Shown: positions 50,175 through 61,300, counted from the stretch's first letter. The stretch is 64,000 bases of DNA from Bradymonadia bacterium (GCA_046290225.1 JBKAGE010000079.1:128001-192000), one strand, 5' to 3'. Made by a program: numbers and translations. Notes: a model not told the origin generated them from the letters alone.

Positions 50175-51797
50175 ATGAGCGAGCATCCGCGGACACGACA
50201 AGAGATATACGACCGTATTCGAGAGACCTCCTCCGAGCAGGTCCAGCTCGAAGATATGGTCCGTCTGGGCTTCTGGCCGCGCCGTCGCGGTCGTCCGGAA
50301 GACCCCGTCGATGAAGTCCGCCGTCGTGGTGAGCTGCTTCGGAGACTCAAAGCGTTACAGTCCGATCATCGCCGCCTGGGTGATCAGCAGGCTGCGTTGC
50401 GAGAGGTGCGCAGGCGTCGGATGAAGGCCGCCAAGGAGCGGCGCGTCGAGACCAAAGCTCGACGCATTCGTGAGCGCGAAGAGAAAGCCCGAGCATGGTC
50501 TCGCCGCAAACAGAGTGAGATTCTGTTTCTCGGTGAAGAGGTCTCTGGCGGGCTGGGCAAGTTCAGCTGTGACATCCCCAAGTTGCAGAAGCAGGGGCTG
50601 CCCATCTTCGAGAGCATGGAGGAGCTCGCTGGGGCCATGGGCATCACCGTGCCCGAGCTCCGGTTCCTCGCCTTCGATCGTAAGGTGAGCAGCCAGAGCC
50701 ACTATGTGCAGTTCACGGTGCCCAAGAAGACCGGTGGTGAGCGCCTGATCTCGGCACCGATGCCCCGACTCAAGCGTGCCCAGCGCTGGGTGCTCGACAC
50801 GCTGCTCACCCCCATCGACGTACACGACGCCGCTCACGGCTTCCGCGAGGGGCGGTCCATCGTCACCAACGCCACCCCCCACGTTGGTGCTGACGTTGTG
50901 GTGAACGTCGATCTCAGCGACTTCTTCCCCACAGTTGGCTATCGACGGGTGAGGGGGGTCTTCAAGGGCCTGGGCTACAGTGAGGCCATCTCTACTGTGC
51001 TCGCCCTCGTCTGCACCGAACCTCAGACCACCACTGTAGAGCTCGACGGCCGTACTTGGTACGTGAAGACCGGTACACGTTTGCTCCCACAGGGGGCCCC
51101 CACCAGCCCTGCCATCACCAACCTCATCTGTCGCAAGCTCGACCGACGCTTGCACGGCCTCGCCCGTCGCTATGGCTTCACCTACACCCGCTACGCCGAC
51201 GATCTGACCTTCTCCGCCCCGAAAGAGGCTGGTGGTGATGTGGGCATCGTGCTGCGGTGTCTGCGACAGGTGGTGGCCGCCGAGGGCTTCGTGGTGCACC
51301 CCGAGAAGACCCGCATCTTGCGCAACGGCGCTCGAAAAGAGGTCACCGGGGTGGTGGTGAACGAGAAGCTTTCTGTTGATCGCAAGACACTGCGCAAGTT
51401 CCGAGCGGTGCTGTTCCAGATCTACAAGGACGGCCCTGAAGGGAAGTCATGGGGTGCTGAGGGGGCGCCACTCTTTGCCAGCCTCCAGGGATACGCCGAC
51501 TTCGTCTACATGGTCGATCCTCAGCGTGGCGGGCCCTTGCGCGAGAAGGTCCTCGAGCTGCGCCACCGTCATGGCGTGAGCCCAGCGCCTCGACCTGCGG
51601 CTGCCCAGCCGGCGGCCACTCAAGCAGCTGCGCCTGCTGCGCCCACCGCACCTTCGGCGCCTCCCGCCGAGAGCGGCGATCTCAATGATCTCATCCGCCA
51701 GTTTTCTGGCGATGAAGAGAAGCCCGCCGAGCAGAGCTCCGAGTCTTCGAGCGAGAGTGAGGAAGACAAAGACAAGAAGTGGTGGAAGCTGTTTTGA
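50175..51797 (+). CDS. Retron-type reverse transcriptase RT1
   Basis: PKKTGGERLI, AAHGF, NATPH (region X NAxxH), DLSDFFP, LPQGAPTSP, YTRYADD, VTG (region Y). Long Arg-rich N-terminal extension. Confidence 0.95.
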   Translation: MSEHPRTRQEIYDRIRETSSEQVQLEDMVRLGFWPRRRGRPEDPVDEVRRRGELLRRLKALQSDHRRLGDQQAALREVRRRRMKAAKERRVETKARRIREREEKARAWSRRKQSEILFLGEEVSGGLGKFSCDIPKLQKQGLPIFESMEELAGAMGITVPELRFLAFDRKVSSQSHYVQFTVPKKTGGERLISAPMPRLKRAQRWVLDTLLTPIDVHDAAHGFREGRSIVTNATPHVGADVVVNVDLSDFFPTVGYRRVRGVFKGLGYSEAISTVLALVCTEPQTTTVELDGRTWYVKTGTRLLPQGAPTSPAITNLICRKLDRRLHGLARRYGFTYTRYADDLTFSAPKEAGGDVGIVLRCLRQVVAAEGFVVHPEKTRILRNGARKEVTGVVVNEKLSVDRKTLRKFRAVLFQIYKDGPEGKSWGAEGAPLFASLQGYADFVYMVDPQRGGPLREKVLELRHRHGVSPAPRPAAAQPAATQAAAPAAPTAPSAPPAESGDLNDLIRQFSGDEEKPAEQSSESSSESEEDKDKKWWKLF

Positions 51798-51828
51798 GGC
51801 TTGGTCTTCAGCCCGGTGAATCAGTGCT

Positions 51829-52072
51829 ACATCACCATCAAACGATGTCTCCATGAAAAGCGTAAGACCAGCCTTATTGAAGAGTTGTCTTCTGGATGTT
51901 GTGGTGGGGCCCTGGTAGGCAGTCATCGCTTCGCTCTGACTGCCTACAAGAGGCTCAGCTATAGCTCTCGTCCTTGAATGGTTCGACGCGAATCAGCATT
52001 TGATATTGATGTTTGGTGAGATGAGTCCTCAGGTCCGTGAGGCGGCCGAAACCTGCCTCACGGGTCACTGAG
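51829..52072 (-). ncRNA. Candidate second structured RNA (possible msr-msd) downstream of RT2
   Basis: Imperfect 16-bp inverted repeat 51829-51844/51997-52012 that pairs better on the minus strand (two G-U pairs, one mismatch). It encloses an 11-bp perfect hairpin (51915-51947). A UUCG-capped hairpin lies at about 52028-52072. Confidence 0.45.
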
Positions 52073-52080
52073 CATGCTGA

Positions 52081-53439
52081 CTACTGACCGGCACGAGCCT
52101 GTTGAATGCGCCCCAAGTCCTCCAGCATCTGTCCACCCAGCTCCGGGTTGGTCATGTGCACGAAGGCCGCATACCCCGCCAGTTGTGCCAGAGTCTCGCC
52201 TTCCTTGAGGGGCTTGCCGTTGCTCAGGTTGTGGATCGCCGCCCGCAGCTGGCGCCGGAGCGCCCGAGGTACCCGCGGGGTGCCCTCACCGTTGACGATG
52301 AGCCCGGTCACCGCCTGGCGACCGCCAGAGCGGGCCACGCGGGTCTTCTCCTTGTGCACCTCGAAGCCCTCAGCGGCGCAGATGGTCTTCACCCCACCCA
52401 TGAGGGCCGCCACATTCGAAGTGGCTTTGTCGTCCTTCTTCTTGGCCTTCTTCTTCCCGGTGTCGGATGCAGCGGGCAGGCTGAAGGTCAGGTCGTCGGC
52501 GTAGCGGGTGTAGCGCCAGCCCAGCTTACGGGCCAGGCCGCTCAGGCGACGGTCGAGGCGCATGCACAAGGCGTTGGTGAGAGCCGGGCTCGTTGGGGCG
52601 CCCTGAGGCAAGCACCGAGGGCCCATGGCGACAAAATAGGTCTTGCCGTCGTGCTCCACCACCTCCCGAGGAGGCTCGGTGCACAGCAACGCCAGCAACG
52701 TGGCCACCTGCTCGCGGTAACCCGCCTTGCGGAACACACCCTTCACCCGGCGGTAGGTCACCGTGGGGAAGAAGTCCTTGAGGTCCATCTTGAGGACCAT
52801 GGAGGAATGGGTGTGCACCGCGGCGTTGGAGGCTATGCTACGCCCCGGCACGAAGCCGTGGGCAGCGCCATGCACCGGCAGGTGCTCCACGATCTCGCGC
52901 AGAATCCAGCGCTGGGCAGACTTGAGTCGGGGCATGGGTGCCCAGATGGCTCGCTCACCGCCCGAGCGCTTGGGGATGGTGAAGCGGGTGTAGTTCACCC
53001 GAGTCGCCGCCTCGCGGTGGTAGGTGAGACCTCGCAGCTCCGGGATGCTCACCTCAAGGGCCTCCGCGAGGGCCTTGGGGTTGTCGAGCTGAGGCAGCTC
53101 GTTCTCCTGGGCCCGGGCCTCGGGCTCGGGGAGATCGTGCTTGTCGAAGTCGTGATCGTCCTGCCAGAAGACGCCCTCACCGAGGTGCACAAGGTGGGTG
53201 GCCTTGTAGGCCGCCCAGGCCTCCTTCTTCAGTCGGCGCCGCTCCGCAGCCTCTTCTTTGAGCTGCTTCTTGTACTGACTCAGCTGAGACTTGCTCATGT
53301 TGTCGGTCTCCCGACGCTGCACGAGAAAGCCGCGCTCCTTGAGCTGCTGGTCGATGTAGGCCTGGATGCTGCCCGCCTGAGCGATGGCACGCCAGAGCAC
53401 GATGGGATCGCTGTTTCGAGTTTGAGTGGCCATCGTCAT
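52081..53439 (-). CDS. Retron-type reverse transcriptase RT2
   Basis: PKRSGGER, AAHGF, NAAVH, DLKDFFP, LPQGAPTSP, YTRYADD, VTG. ATG overlaps the upstream stop (TGATG). Confidence 0.95.
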   Translation of the reverse strand: MTMATQTRNSDPIVLWRAIAQAGSIQAYIDQQLKERGFLVQRRETDNMSKSQLSQYKKQLKEEAAERRRLKKEAWAAYKATHLVHLGEGVFWQDDHDFDKHDLPEPEARAQENELPQLDNPKALAEALEVSIPELRGLTYHREAATRVNYTRFTIPKRSGGERAIWAPMPRLKSAQRWILREIVEHLPVHGAAHGFVPGRSIASNAAVHTHSSMVLKMDLKDFFPTVTYRRVKGVFRKAGYREQVATLLALLCTEPPREVVEHDGKTYFVAMGPRCLPQGAPTSPALTNALCMRLDRRLSGLARKLGWRYTRYADDLTFSLPAASDTGKKKAKKKDDKATSNVAALMGGVKTICAAEGFEVHKEKTRVARSGGRQAVTGLIVNGEGTPRVPRALRRQLRAAIHNLSNGKPLKEGETLAQLAGYAAFVHMTNPELGGQMLEDLGRIQQARAGQ

Positions 53440-55349
53440 CAACCTGCCGTCGCGTCCAGGTAACCCTGGGATTCGAGTTCATCAACACGGGCGAAGTAGG
53501 CCGCCCGTGCGTCGGCCACTGTGTCAAAGACCAGGCTCTGCACCCGGAGCCGAGCGTCTGCACGCTGACCCCAGCGCACCTTGAGACGGGTGCGGTTGAG
53601 GGAGAGCTGGTAGAGCGCCTCGCCCCGGCTGTGACGCCGGGTGTAGGTGCGGGTCTCCACGGTGATGGTATTTCGGGCCTTGCCTCGACCCTCGGCGGCC
53701 TTCTTCCGCTCCTCGGCGTACTTGAGCGCCAGGGCGATGAGAGGGGCGCTGGGACCATGCTTGAGGGCGTGCTTGCGGAAGAACGGCGACGAGCAGCTGG
53801 CCCGGGTGACCCGGCCCTCGTCGTCGATGAGCAGCTCACAGCGGTACTCGCGCTGATCGGCCGCCACCACCACCTTGCCGGTGATCTCCACGCCGCGGCC
53901 GAAGATGCGGTTCTCCTGGGTGATCTTCACCGCGCCATCGGTGGCGAGCAGATCGCGCGCCTGGCGCTCCCGGGTGTTCCGGTGGGCCAGCGTGTCGAGC
54001 TTGAGCGGCTCAGCGGTGAGCGGTCGCAGCCGGTAGACGTCACGGGCGATGTCGTACATCAGCCGGCCCGCCTGACAACCACCCTGCAAGGCGGCGGTGA
54101 GGTCGGCCCCCTTGAGCCCAGTGGCCTTGCCGATGCCCTTGGCGCTGTCGGACCACTTCTCGCCCAGATGCTCGAGCACCTTGTCGAGGCCCTCGGGCTC
54201 ACCCTCAGGGCGGGGGAGCAGCACGTCGAAGTTGAGGCTCTGGGCCCAGTTCGCCGAGGAGAACCCGGTGAGGCCCAAGGTGAAGGTGACGGCGCCGCAC
54301 CGGAACACGAAGAACGAGGGCATGCCGCTGCCGAGCAGGTGCACATCCACGCTCTCGATGAAGGGCATGAGCCTCCGCAACAGCATGAGCCGACGACGCC
54401 CCCAGATGCGAATGACGTGGGCCGTGCGGCCCTCGTAGTTCGCCGAGGACGACGGGATAATCTCTTCCCAGGGCTCGAGCACCAGACGCGGGGGCTCGCC
54501 GGGGACCAGCTCGACGCGGATCGCCCGCCCCTTGCGCTTCTGGTCGGCCTTGAGCCGCAGGGTGCGCATCACGTTGTAGAGATCGATGGGGGCCAGGGAG
54601 AAGGTAGAGGCCGGCAGAGTGGCCGCCGACTGCACCTGCAAGAAGCCACGGAGCCACGCATCGGGCACGTTGATCTGCTTCTCGATGACCTTGGGTTGCC
54701 CCTCGGTCTCGAGGCCGACGTCGCCTGCACCCCCAGCCGCATCACCGAGGGTGAGGGTGGTGTTGCGGTAGCTGCGCATGCGCTGCACCCCATTGAAGAG
54801 GGCATCGCTGAAGTCGACGTTGGTGGTGCCGAAGGTGGGCGCGGGCTTGCCCTTGGCGCCGATCTTGAGGGCCTTGGCGTCCAGCGACAGCTGCGCGTAG
54901 GTGCCTTCGTCTTTGCTGAACACCTCGAAGGTGACGGCGTCGGGGTGCACCGAGACGATGGGGTCGAGGATCAACCACGCGTTGGGGTCGTTCCGACTCA
55001 GCCAGCTGAAGTAGGCCTGCTGGGCCTGCCAGACGCTCATGGTGGCGGTCTGCTTCTTCATGGCCTGATAGGCCAGCCACGCGGAGCGATCCTTGGGCTT
55101 GTAGCGGAAGTCGCTCTTCACCACCTCGTAGAGGGCCGACAAGGCCTCGCGCACGGCGACGGGCTCGCCGATCTCCGCCGTGGCGGAGACCGTGGGGCGA
55201 CCGGACTCGCCGAAGAGGGCGATGCGGGTGCCGCCGTCTTCCCCGATGACCTCGCTGGCCCCGGGATACTTCAGGCTGAAGGGGCTCTTGCTGGCCCCGC
55301 TGGGATCGTCAGCCTTCTCGCCTTCAGGGCGCTTCTCTTCGCCGCTCAT
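53439..55349 (-). CDS. SWIM-family paralog with degenerate zinc finger and C-terminal WGR-like domain
   Basis: Shares DPxxxVHPD, GTTNVDxS, PDxWxRGFLQV, WGRRRL and VHLLGSGMPSF with 47953-49638. The SWIM site reads SCSS...GPSAP; C-terminal VRWGQR...SQGY. ATGA overlap with AGGAGG RBS. Confidence 0.85.
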   Translation of the reverse strand: MSGEEKRPEGEKADDPSGASKSPFSLKYPGASEVIGEDGGTRIALFGESGRPTVSATAEIGEPVAVREALSALYEVVKSDFRYKPKDRSAWLAYQAMKKQTATMSVWQAQQAYFSWLSRNDPNAWLILDPIVSVHPDAVTFEVFSKDEGTYAQLSLDAKALKIGAKGKPAPTFGTTNVDFSDALFNGVQRMRSYRNTTLTLGDAAGGAGDVGLETEGQPKVIEKQINVPDAWLRGFLQVQSAATLPASTFSLAPIDLYNVMRTLRLKADQKRKGRAIRVELVPGEPPRLVLEPWEEIIPSSSANYEGRTAHVIRIWGRRRLMLLRRLMPFIESVDVHLLGSGMPSFFVFRCGAVTFTLGLTGFSSANWAQSLNFDVLLPRPEGEPEGLDKVLEHLGEKWSDSAKGIGKATGLKGADLTAALQGGCQAGRLMYDIARDVYRLRPLTAEPLKLDTLAHRNTRERQARDLLATDGAVKITQENRIFGRGVEITGKVVVAADQREYRCELLIDDEGRVTRASCSSPFFRKHALKHGPSAPLIALALKYAEERKKAAEGRGKARNTITVETRTYTRRHSRGEALYQLSLNRTRLKVRWGQRADARLRVQSLVFDTVADARAAYFARVDELESQGYLDATAG

Positions 55350-58300
55350 GAGCGCACCTCCTTCTGGGCACGGGCGCGCCGGGCACGGCGCAGGGCCCGC
55401 CATGCGGCCTTCCTCATGTCTTCGTCTTCCTTCTCGTTGGTCGCCACGGCGAGGATCGGCTTCTCTGCGGCCTTGGCCTTGGCTTCGTCGGCGGCGATGC
55501 GGGCCAGGGCCTCCAGGGCCCCGAGCCGGGCGTCGGCCTTGAGTGTCTTGTCGTTGAGCGCGGCGGTGAGGCCGTCGATGTCACCACGGGCCACCAGGTG
55601 CGGCAGGACCACACCCTGGCGGTGAATCTGCCCCGCTGCACCTCGCAGAATCGCCCCACTGGCTTTGTCGTCTGCTGCGCTGAGCAGGCGGTCGAGGGCC
55701 GGACGATCGTCGAGGGCCCCTTCGAGCAGCGTGGCTGCCCGCTTGGGGTCGAGGGCGGAGACCGCCGTCGAGGCGAGCGTACGCAGCTCGGCGTCGGGCC
55801 CAGTCGCTGCGGCGACGAGGGCGTCGAGGCCCTTGGCCTTGGCGAAGCCCGACGACAAAGCGGTGATGGCCATCTGCCGCAAGGGCCGCGCTTCACGGGG
55901 CACCATGGCAGAGACCTGAATCAGCACCTCGGCCCCTGCCTCGAGTCGGCCACAGGCCCACAGAAGCCAGGAGAGGCGATCGGTGAGCTGAGAGAGGGCC
56001 TGACGGTGTTGGTGCTGACCGCTCCGAGCGGCAGAGAGCCGCTGGTATCGATCCGACCAGAGCGTGAGGCTCTGAGTGGCCGCCTCGGTGACAGCCTTGC
56101 CGTGCTTCTTGCCCTCACCGACACGACCCAGGATGCGCGCCGCCACCTCGACGGTGCGATCGTGGCTGGCGCCGAGGGCTTCGACTGCCTCGGCCACCGG
56201 CGCAGGATCACGGGTGAGCAGGGCGTTCACCAGAGGTGGCACGTACTCTTCGGTGTAGTCCTCGTTGATCTTGGGCAACACCTTGAGCAGACGGCCGGCT
56301 TCACCCCGCTCGCACAGCCGCTTGAGCGTGTCCTCTTCGAGATCGTCGAAGGGGCTCTGGATGAAGATGTAGTCGGGCTCGAGGGACTCGGCGCCATACT
56401 GCGTACGGAGCGCGGTCGCGGCGGCCTGGGCTACGTCCCAGTCGTCATCTTCGATGAGCTGCTTGGCGAGGGCCTCTCGCGTAGCCACGTCGTCGTGGTG
56501 AGCGAGCAGCTCGCAGACCCGCTGTCGGATCGACCAGTCATCGTCGTTGATGCGCCCACGGACGAACTGCCACGCGGCGTCACCACCGAACCAGCGCAGA
56601 CCGCTGAGGGCGTACTCGGCCACGCCATCATCGGCGCCGGCGAGACCCTTGAGGATCTTGAAGATCTTCTCGCGGTGCTCACCCTCGGCCAGGTGGCCGA
56701 TGGCCTCCGCGGCCTGCTCTTGCAGAGCGTTATCCTCGTCGTTGACCAGACGCAGCAGCAAGTCGAGGGCTCGTGGATCACCGAGCTTGCCCAGGGCCTC
56801 GACGGCCCGCTGGCGGTAGCTGATGTTCTCGAGCAGATCGACGGAGGCGAGGAGCACGCTGATGCCATCGGCCCGCCCGCCGAGGGCCAGGCCCTCTGCG
56901 GCGACGAACTGAGTGACCTGATCTTTGTGCTTCAGAGCCTCGACGAGAGCCTCGGCCTTGCCCTCACGGTGGCGCAGGCGCCACGAGAGTGCGTCGAGGG
57001 CCGACAGGCGCACGTTGTCCTTGGGGAAGGCGGCGAGCTGAGCCAGGGTGCCGTCGACGACAGCCTCGGGGCACCACTTGGCGCCGGCCATGAGCTTCTG
57101 CAGCCAGCCGGTGTCGTTGGCGCCCCAGGCGGCCTCAAGGAGGGCACCGAAGAGGTCGTGTTGGCGGGCGTGTTGCCCTTTCTGCCACCCGTCGTCTTCC
57201 TGACCCGTGCGATCGATCTCGTCGAAGTCGACGTTGAGATACTGGTTGTAGCCCGTGACAGTGAGGGCGGCGTTGAAGGCGTATCCGGCACGTTGCTTCT
57301 GGCCGAGATCAGCCAGGAGGCGCGGGAACACTTCGCGGCGCCGGAACTCACCTACATGCTGGTAGATGTTGCGCATATCGGCGTTGCCCGCGGGATCGTT
57401 GTCGACCCGGTTGAGCATGGCGTCGGCGGTGCGCTCGTCGGCGAGGCGTGCCAGGGCGTTCAAGATACGGCCCTGGGTGTTGGAGGCCGTGGCCAGCAAC
57501 TTCACCAGCGGGTCGAAGCCCTTGGCCTCCTGAATGCTGCCCAGCTGGATCGCCACCTCGAGGCGTACATCGAGGAAAGGGGAGTCCACGGCGTCGAGCA
57601 AGGCCTTGAGGGCGGCCTTTTGTACCTTGGCCTCAGCGTCGGGCTTGACCTTGAGCATGGCCAGCTTGCCCGGCGCCTGGTTGCGCAGGCGACTCGAGCG
57701 GGCCTGCAGCCCCTCGGCCCAGGGCATCACGGGCTCTCCCTGGCCTTCGAGGAGCTTCACCGCCTCGAACTCCAGGCCGTCTTCCTTGGTGCGCAGCACG
57801 TCGAGCAGCACTCGCCGGCCTTCCTTGGCACCGCTCTTCTTGGCGAGCAGCTCAAGGGCCATGACCCCCACATCGCCCTGACCGGTGGCCAGCGCCTCGG
57901 CGGAGAGCTGCGAGACATCGTAGCCGACAGCGTTGAGGGCCTCGAAGGCAGCCCGGCGCACGATGGCCGAGTTGTCTGTGAGGCGCTGCACGAAGACCGG
58001 GATGGCGGCTTCGGCGGTGCCGTGACCCTCAGCGACCATGGTCTGCAAGCGGACCAGGGCTTGACGGCGCACCCATGCAGGGGCCTCGCCGGCACGACAC
58101 AGCCCGGTGTAGGCGCCGAAGACCAGCTGCTGCAGGGTGGCGTTGTCGTAGGCGGTCTTGGCGGCCTTGCGCTTCTTCGCCGCCTTGGCGAGGGCGTCGA
58201 GATCTACGGCGTACCGGGTGGAGAACACCCGCCACAGGCGGTTGAAGGCCCCCTGTTTCTTCTCGCCGAGGCCCTTGAGCACCTCTGCGGCGCGGGCCTT

Positions 58301-61300
58301 GAGGCGGGGGGCCCCGAAGGTCACCGCCTCGGCGAGCTGGGTGATGGTCTCCTCGGTGATCGTCCAGGCCTTCTGGCCGTCTCCGCGATCGTTGAACACG
58401 TCGACGACGTGACGGCCGAAGGCGTCGAGATCACCGAAATGCTCCAGGGCCTTGGCACCTGCGATGCGCACCCGGGCGTCTGCTGAGGAGAGCGCCGCGA
58501 GGCAGCGATCGGGGATGCCGTCGTTCTCGCGCCACTCCATGAGCAGCATGAGGTTGAGGGCCTGCTGGCGGATGTCGCTGTCGTTGTGGTCGAGGAACGA
58601 CAGGAAGACATCCTCAACGTCGAGGGTGAGGGCGGCCCACAGCGCCACCTGAGCTGGGGCCCCGGCGTGGGTGGGGGCTGCGCGCCGAGTGGCGCGGCGG
58701 CGACCGCCCCGAGAGGGGGTGTCCTCAGCCTGACGATGCGCGAAGAGGATGGAAGCTCCTGTGGCATCGGCCAGTCGGGCGAGCCCCTTGGCGGCGATCA
58801 TGCGTACGGCCTCGTCGCCGTGTCGCAGGGCGGCCTTGAGGGCTGTGGGATCCTCGGCGTTGTCGGACCACGCCAGGGCCTCGGCGGCGCCCTTGCGGAT
58901 GCTGGCCTCGTCGTTGGCCAGCAACTTCACCAGGCTCTCGACGGCGTCGACGTGGCCCAAGGCCCCGAGGCCCTCGAGGGCCACCAGGGTGTCGGCCTGC
59001 CAGAGCGTCGCGAGATCGGAGACCTCGGGGCGTTCTGAGTTGACCTGCTCCAGCAGAGGCTTGAGGGCCTTCTCGTCGCCCACCACCGCACGGGCCGCGG
59101 CGGCCTTGTTGCGCACGTCGCGGTGCTCGCTGGACATCGCCTTCACCAGGGCGTCGTCGTTGTCGGCGAGCTTGAGGGCGTTGATGGCCACCGAGCGCAC
59201 ATCAGCGTCATCGTCGTCGAGGGCCTTCACCAGCAGCGGAGCAGTCTCTTTGGAGTACTTCCGCGCCAGGGCCTTCACCGAAGTGAGGCGCACGTCGGCG
59301 AAGGGGCTCTCCAGGCCACGGCTCAGCGGGGCGAGGCCCTTGGACTTGCCTTTCTTGACGGCGAAGGCGAAGGCGTCGGTGCGCAGGTCTTGATCGGGAT
59401 CGTCGAAAAGACCCAGCAACATGTCCCAGGCCCATGGGTGAGCGATCTCGCCCATGACCTCGGTGAGCACCTCGCGACGGATGTTGGGGTGCAGGCTCTT
59501 CAGGGCGAAGGCCAGAGTGGCGTCACCACCCCCCATGACCTGCAGGTTGATGGTGGCCTTGAAGGCCTCGCTGCGGATCGCGCTCCCGGCGTCGTTCAGG
59601 GCCCGCTCCAGCAGGCCGTAAGCGGCGTCGTTCGGGTCGGCGGGCAGCTTCTTCTTGAGCTGCCGGACCAGCACGCTCAGGCCCCGGCGGCGCACGTCTT
59701 CGTGCTCCGCCATGAGGCCCGCCTCAGCGGACTCGAGGGGGGTGTCGGAGAGCAGCCGCGACAGGGCGGTGAAGGCAGCGTCGCGGACCTGACCCGTTGT
59801 GTCCCGGAGCATCAGGCGCAGGCGCTGCAGGCCCCGAGGATCACCGAGGGCCTCCAAGGCCCGGCAGGCCTCTACCCGTGCGGTGCTGTCGTCGGCTCGG
59901 GTGAGCTGCAGCAGCGTGCCGAAGGCGCGGGGATCTTGCAGCTGCGCCAGGGCTACGGCGCCACGGACACAGGTGTCGAGGGCCTGACCCGCCATGGCTT
60001 CAAGCAGAGGTGCGAAGTCATCGGCGGTGAGATCGGCCGTCTTGACCTTCTTGGTCTTCGGCAGCGCGGCCTCGGGATCGATCTCCTCGCCATGGGTCTC
60101 GATCTGGTAGAGGCGCCGGTGCACGTCTTTGTCGAGGTGGCGCACCGCCTGGGCGAGGGTGAGCTGGCTGAGCAGCCGCACGTCGAAGGCCATCAGTCGA
60201 ACCGAGGCCTCGCGATCTTCCAGGGTACGGCGCAGAGCGGAGCGCACCACGGCCTCGGCGAGCAGCTCGCGCTGGTGAAGCCGCAGCAGCGCCTGCCAGC
60301 GCAGATCGGCCTGGCCGCTCTTGAGCCCGATGAGGGTGCCCACCGGGTCGTCGCCGTAGAAGCCCTCCAGGGTCTCCAGGGCTGCGAAGCGCACCTCGCG
60401 AGGGTTGTCGTCAAGGGCCCGGGTCAGGCGACTCAGGGCCTGCTCGTCCTCACCGGCGAGGGTGCCGAGGGCCTGCACAGCCTCAACGCCGATGTCGGCC
60501 TTCCGCGCGCCGAGGGCGAGCTCGAGGGGGCGCAGGTTGCTTTGGCCTTCGAGGGTACGCAGCCCGGTGAGGGCCGCTCGCCGCACCTTCTCGCTGCCGC
60601 CTCGGAGCAGGCCTTCGAGGGGCTGCACCGCCCGGCGGTTGTCGCTGTTGCCCAGCAGCTCGACGGCGAGCACGCGCAGGGCGTGATCGTCATCGTCGCT
60701 GGCCCGGCTGGCGATCATCTCGATGGCCTTGGCGTCGTTGTAGCCTGCCAGGGCCTGCAGGGCCTCCTGACGGGTGGAGACCTCCTTGGCCTTGAAGCTG
60801 CGACGGGCCCAGGCGTATGCGTCGCGGATGGTGAGCGAGCGGTGCTCGATCTTGCCCGCGGCGTCCTGGATGAAGAGCCGGATGGTGTTGTCGTTGCTGG
60901 CGATGGCCACGTGACCACGGCTCTTGTAGGTCACCTGCGCCATGGCCACGACGGGCTTGAGCGTGTCCTTGAGCGTGGACGGGCGCTTGTTGCCTCCGCC
61001 CACCGTCCAGATCTTCACCTCGCCGTCACGGCCGCCGGTGTAGAACTTGTCGGCGTCGTCCTCGATGGCGGGGCCTTCGGCGATGATTGCGCCGCTGCTG
61101 TGACCGCCGCGACCGCCGCGCTCCTCGGGCTCCAGGGTGCCCCGTACGTGAGTCACGAGCAGGCGGCCGTCGGCGCCGGCGCTCATCACCCGGAGCTCCT
61201 CGGGCTCGAAGCACAGCGAGGTGACCTCGCCGTTGTGGGCCTTGGCGTTGTTGCCCGCGAGGAACTGGGGCTTCTCTTCACAGTCGAAGACCACCAGGGT

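Noticed and set aside
49769..50350. Small ORFs over the ncRNA region (49769-50350, 49782-50057, 49823-50032) and 51447-51926
   Set aside because: They overlap the structured RNA or RT genes, have no motifs and show atypical composition.
52017..52053. Hammerhead-ribozyme-like string (GATGAGTCC...GTGAGG...CGAAAC)
   Set aside because: The core reads GAGAUGA rather than CUGAUGA, and stems I and III cannot be built. The segment is better explained as a minus-strand hairpin.
52028..52072. Intrinsic terminator for the convergent RT genes
   Set aside because: The hairpin is strong but has no U-tract on either strand; kept only as part of the candidate RNA.
50175..53439. RTs as group II intron, DGR, CRISPR-associated or DRT3-type enzymes
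   Set aside because: Both have retron NAxxH and VTG motifs. No maturase/HNH domain, TR/VR pair, avd or cas gene is seen.
55598..58486. Long antisense ORFs (e.g. 55598-58486, 21119-23407, 3405-5309, 48025-49635, 52102-53463, 53631-55625)
   Set aside because: Shadow frames of real genes in high-GC DNA, with no recognisable motifs.
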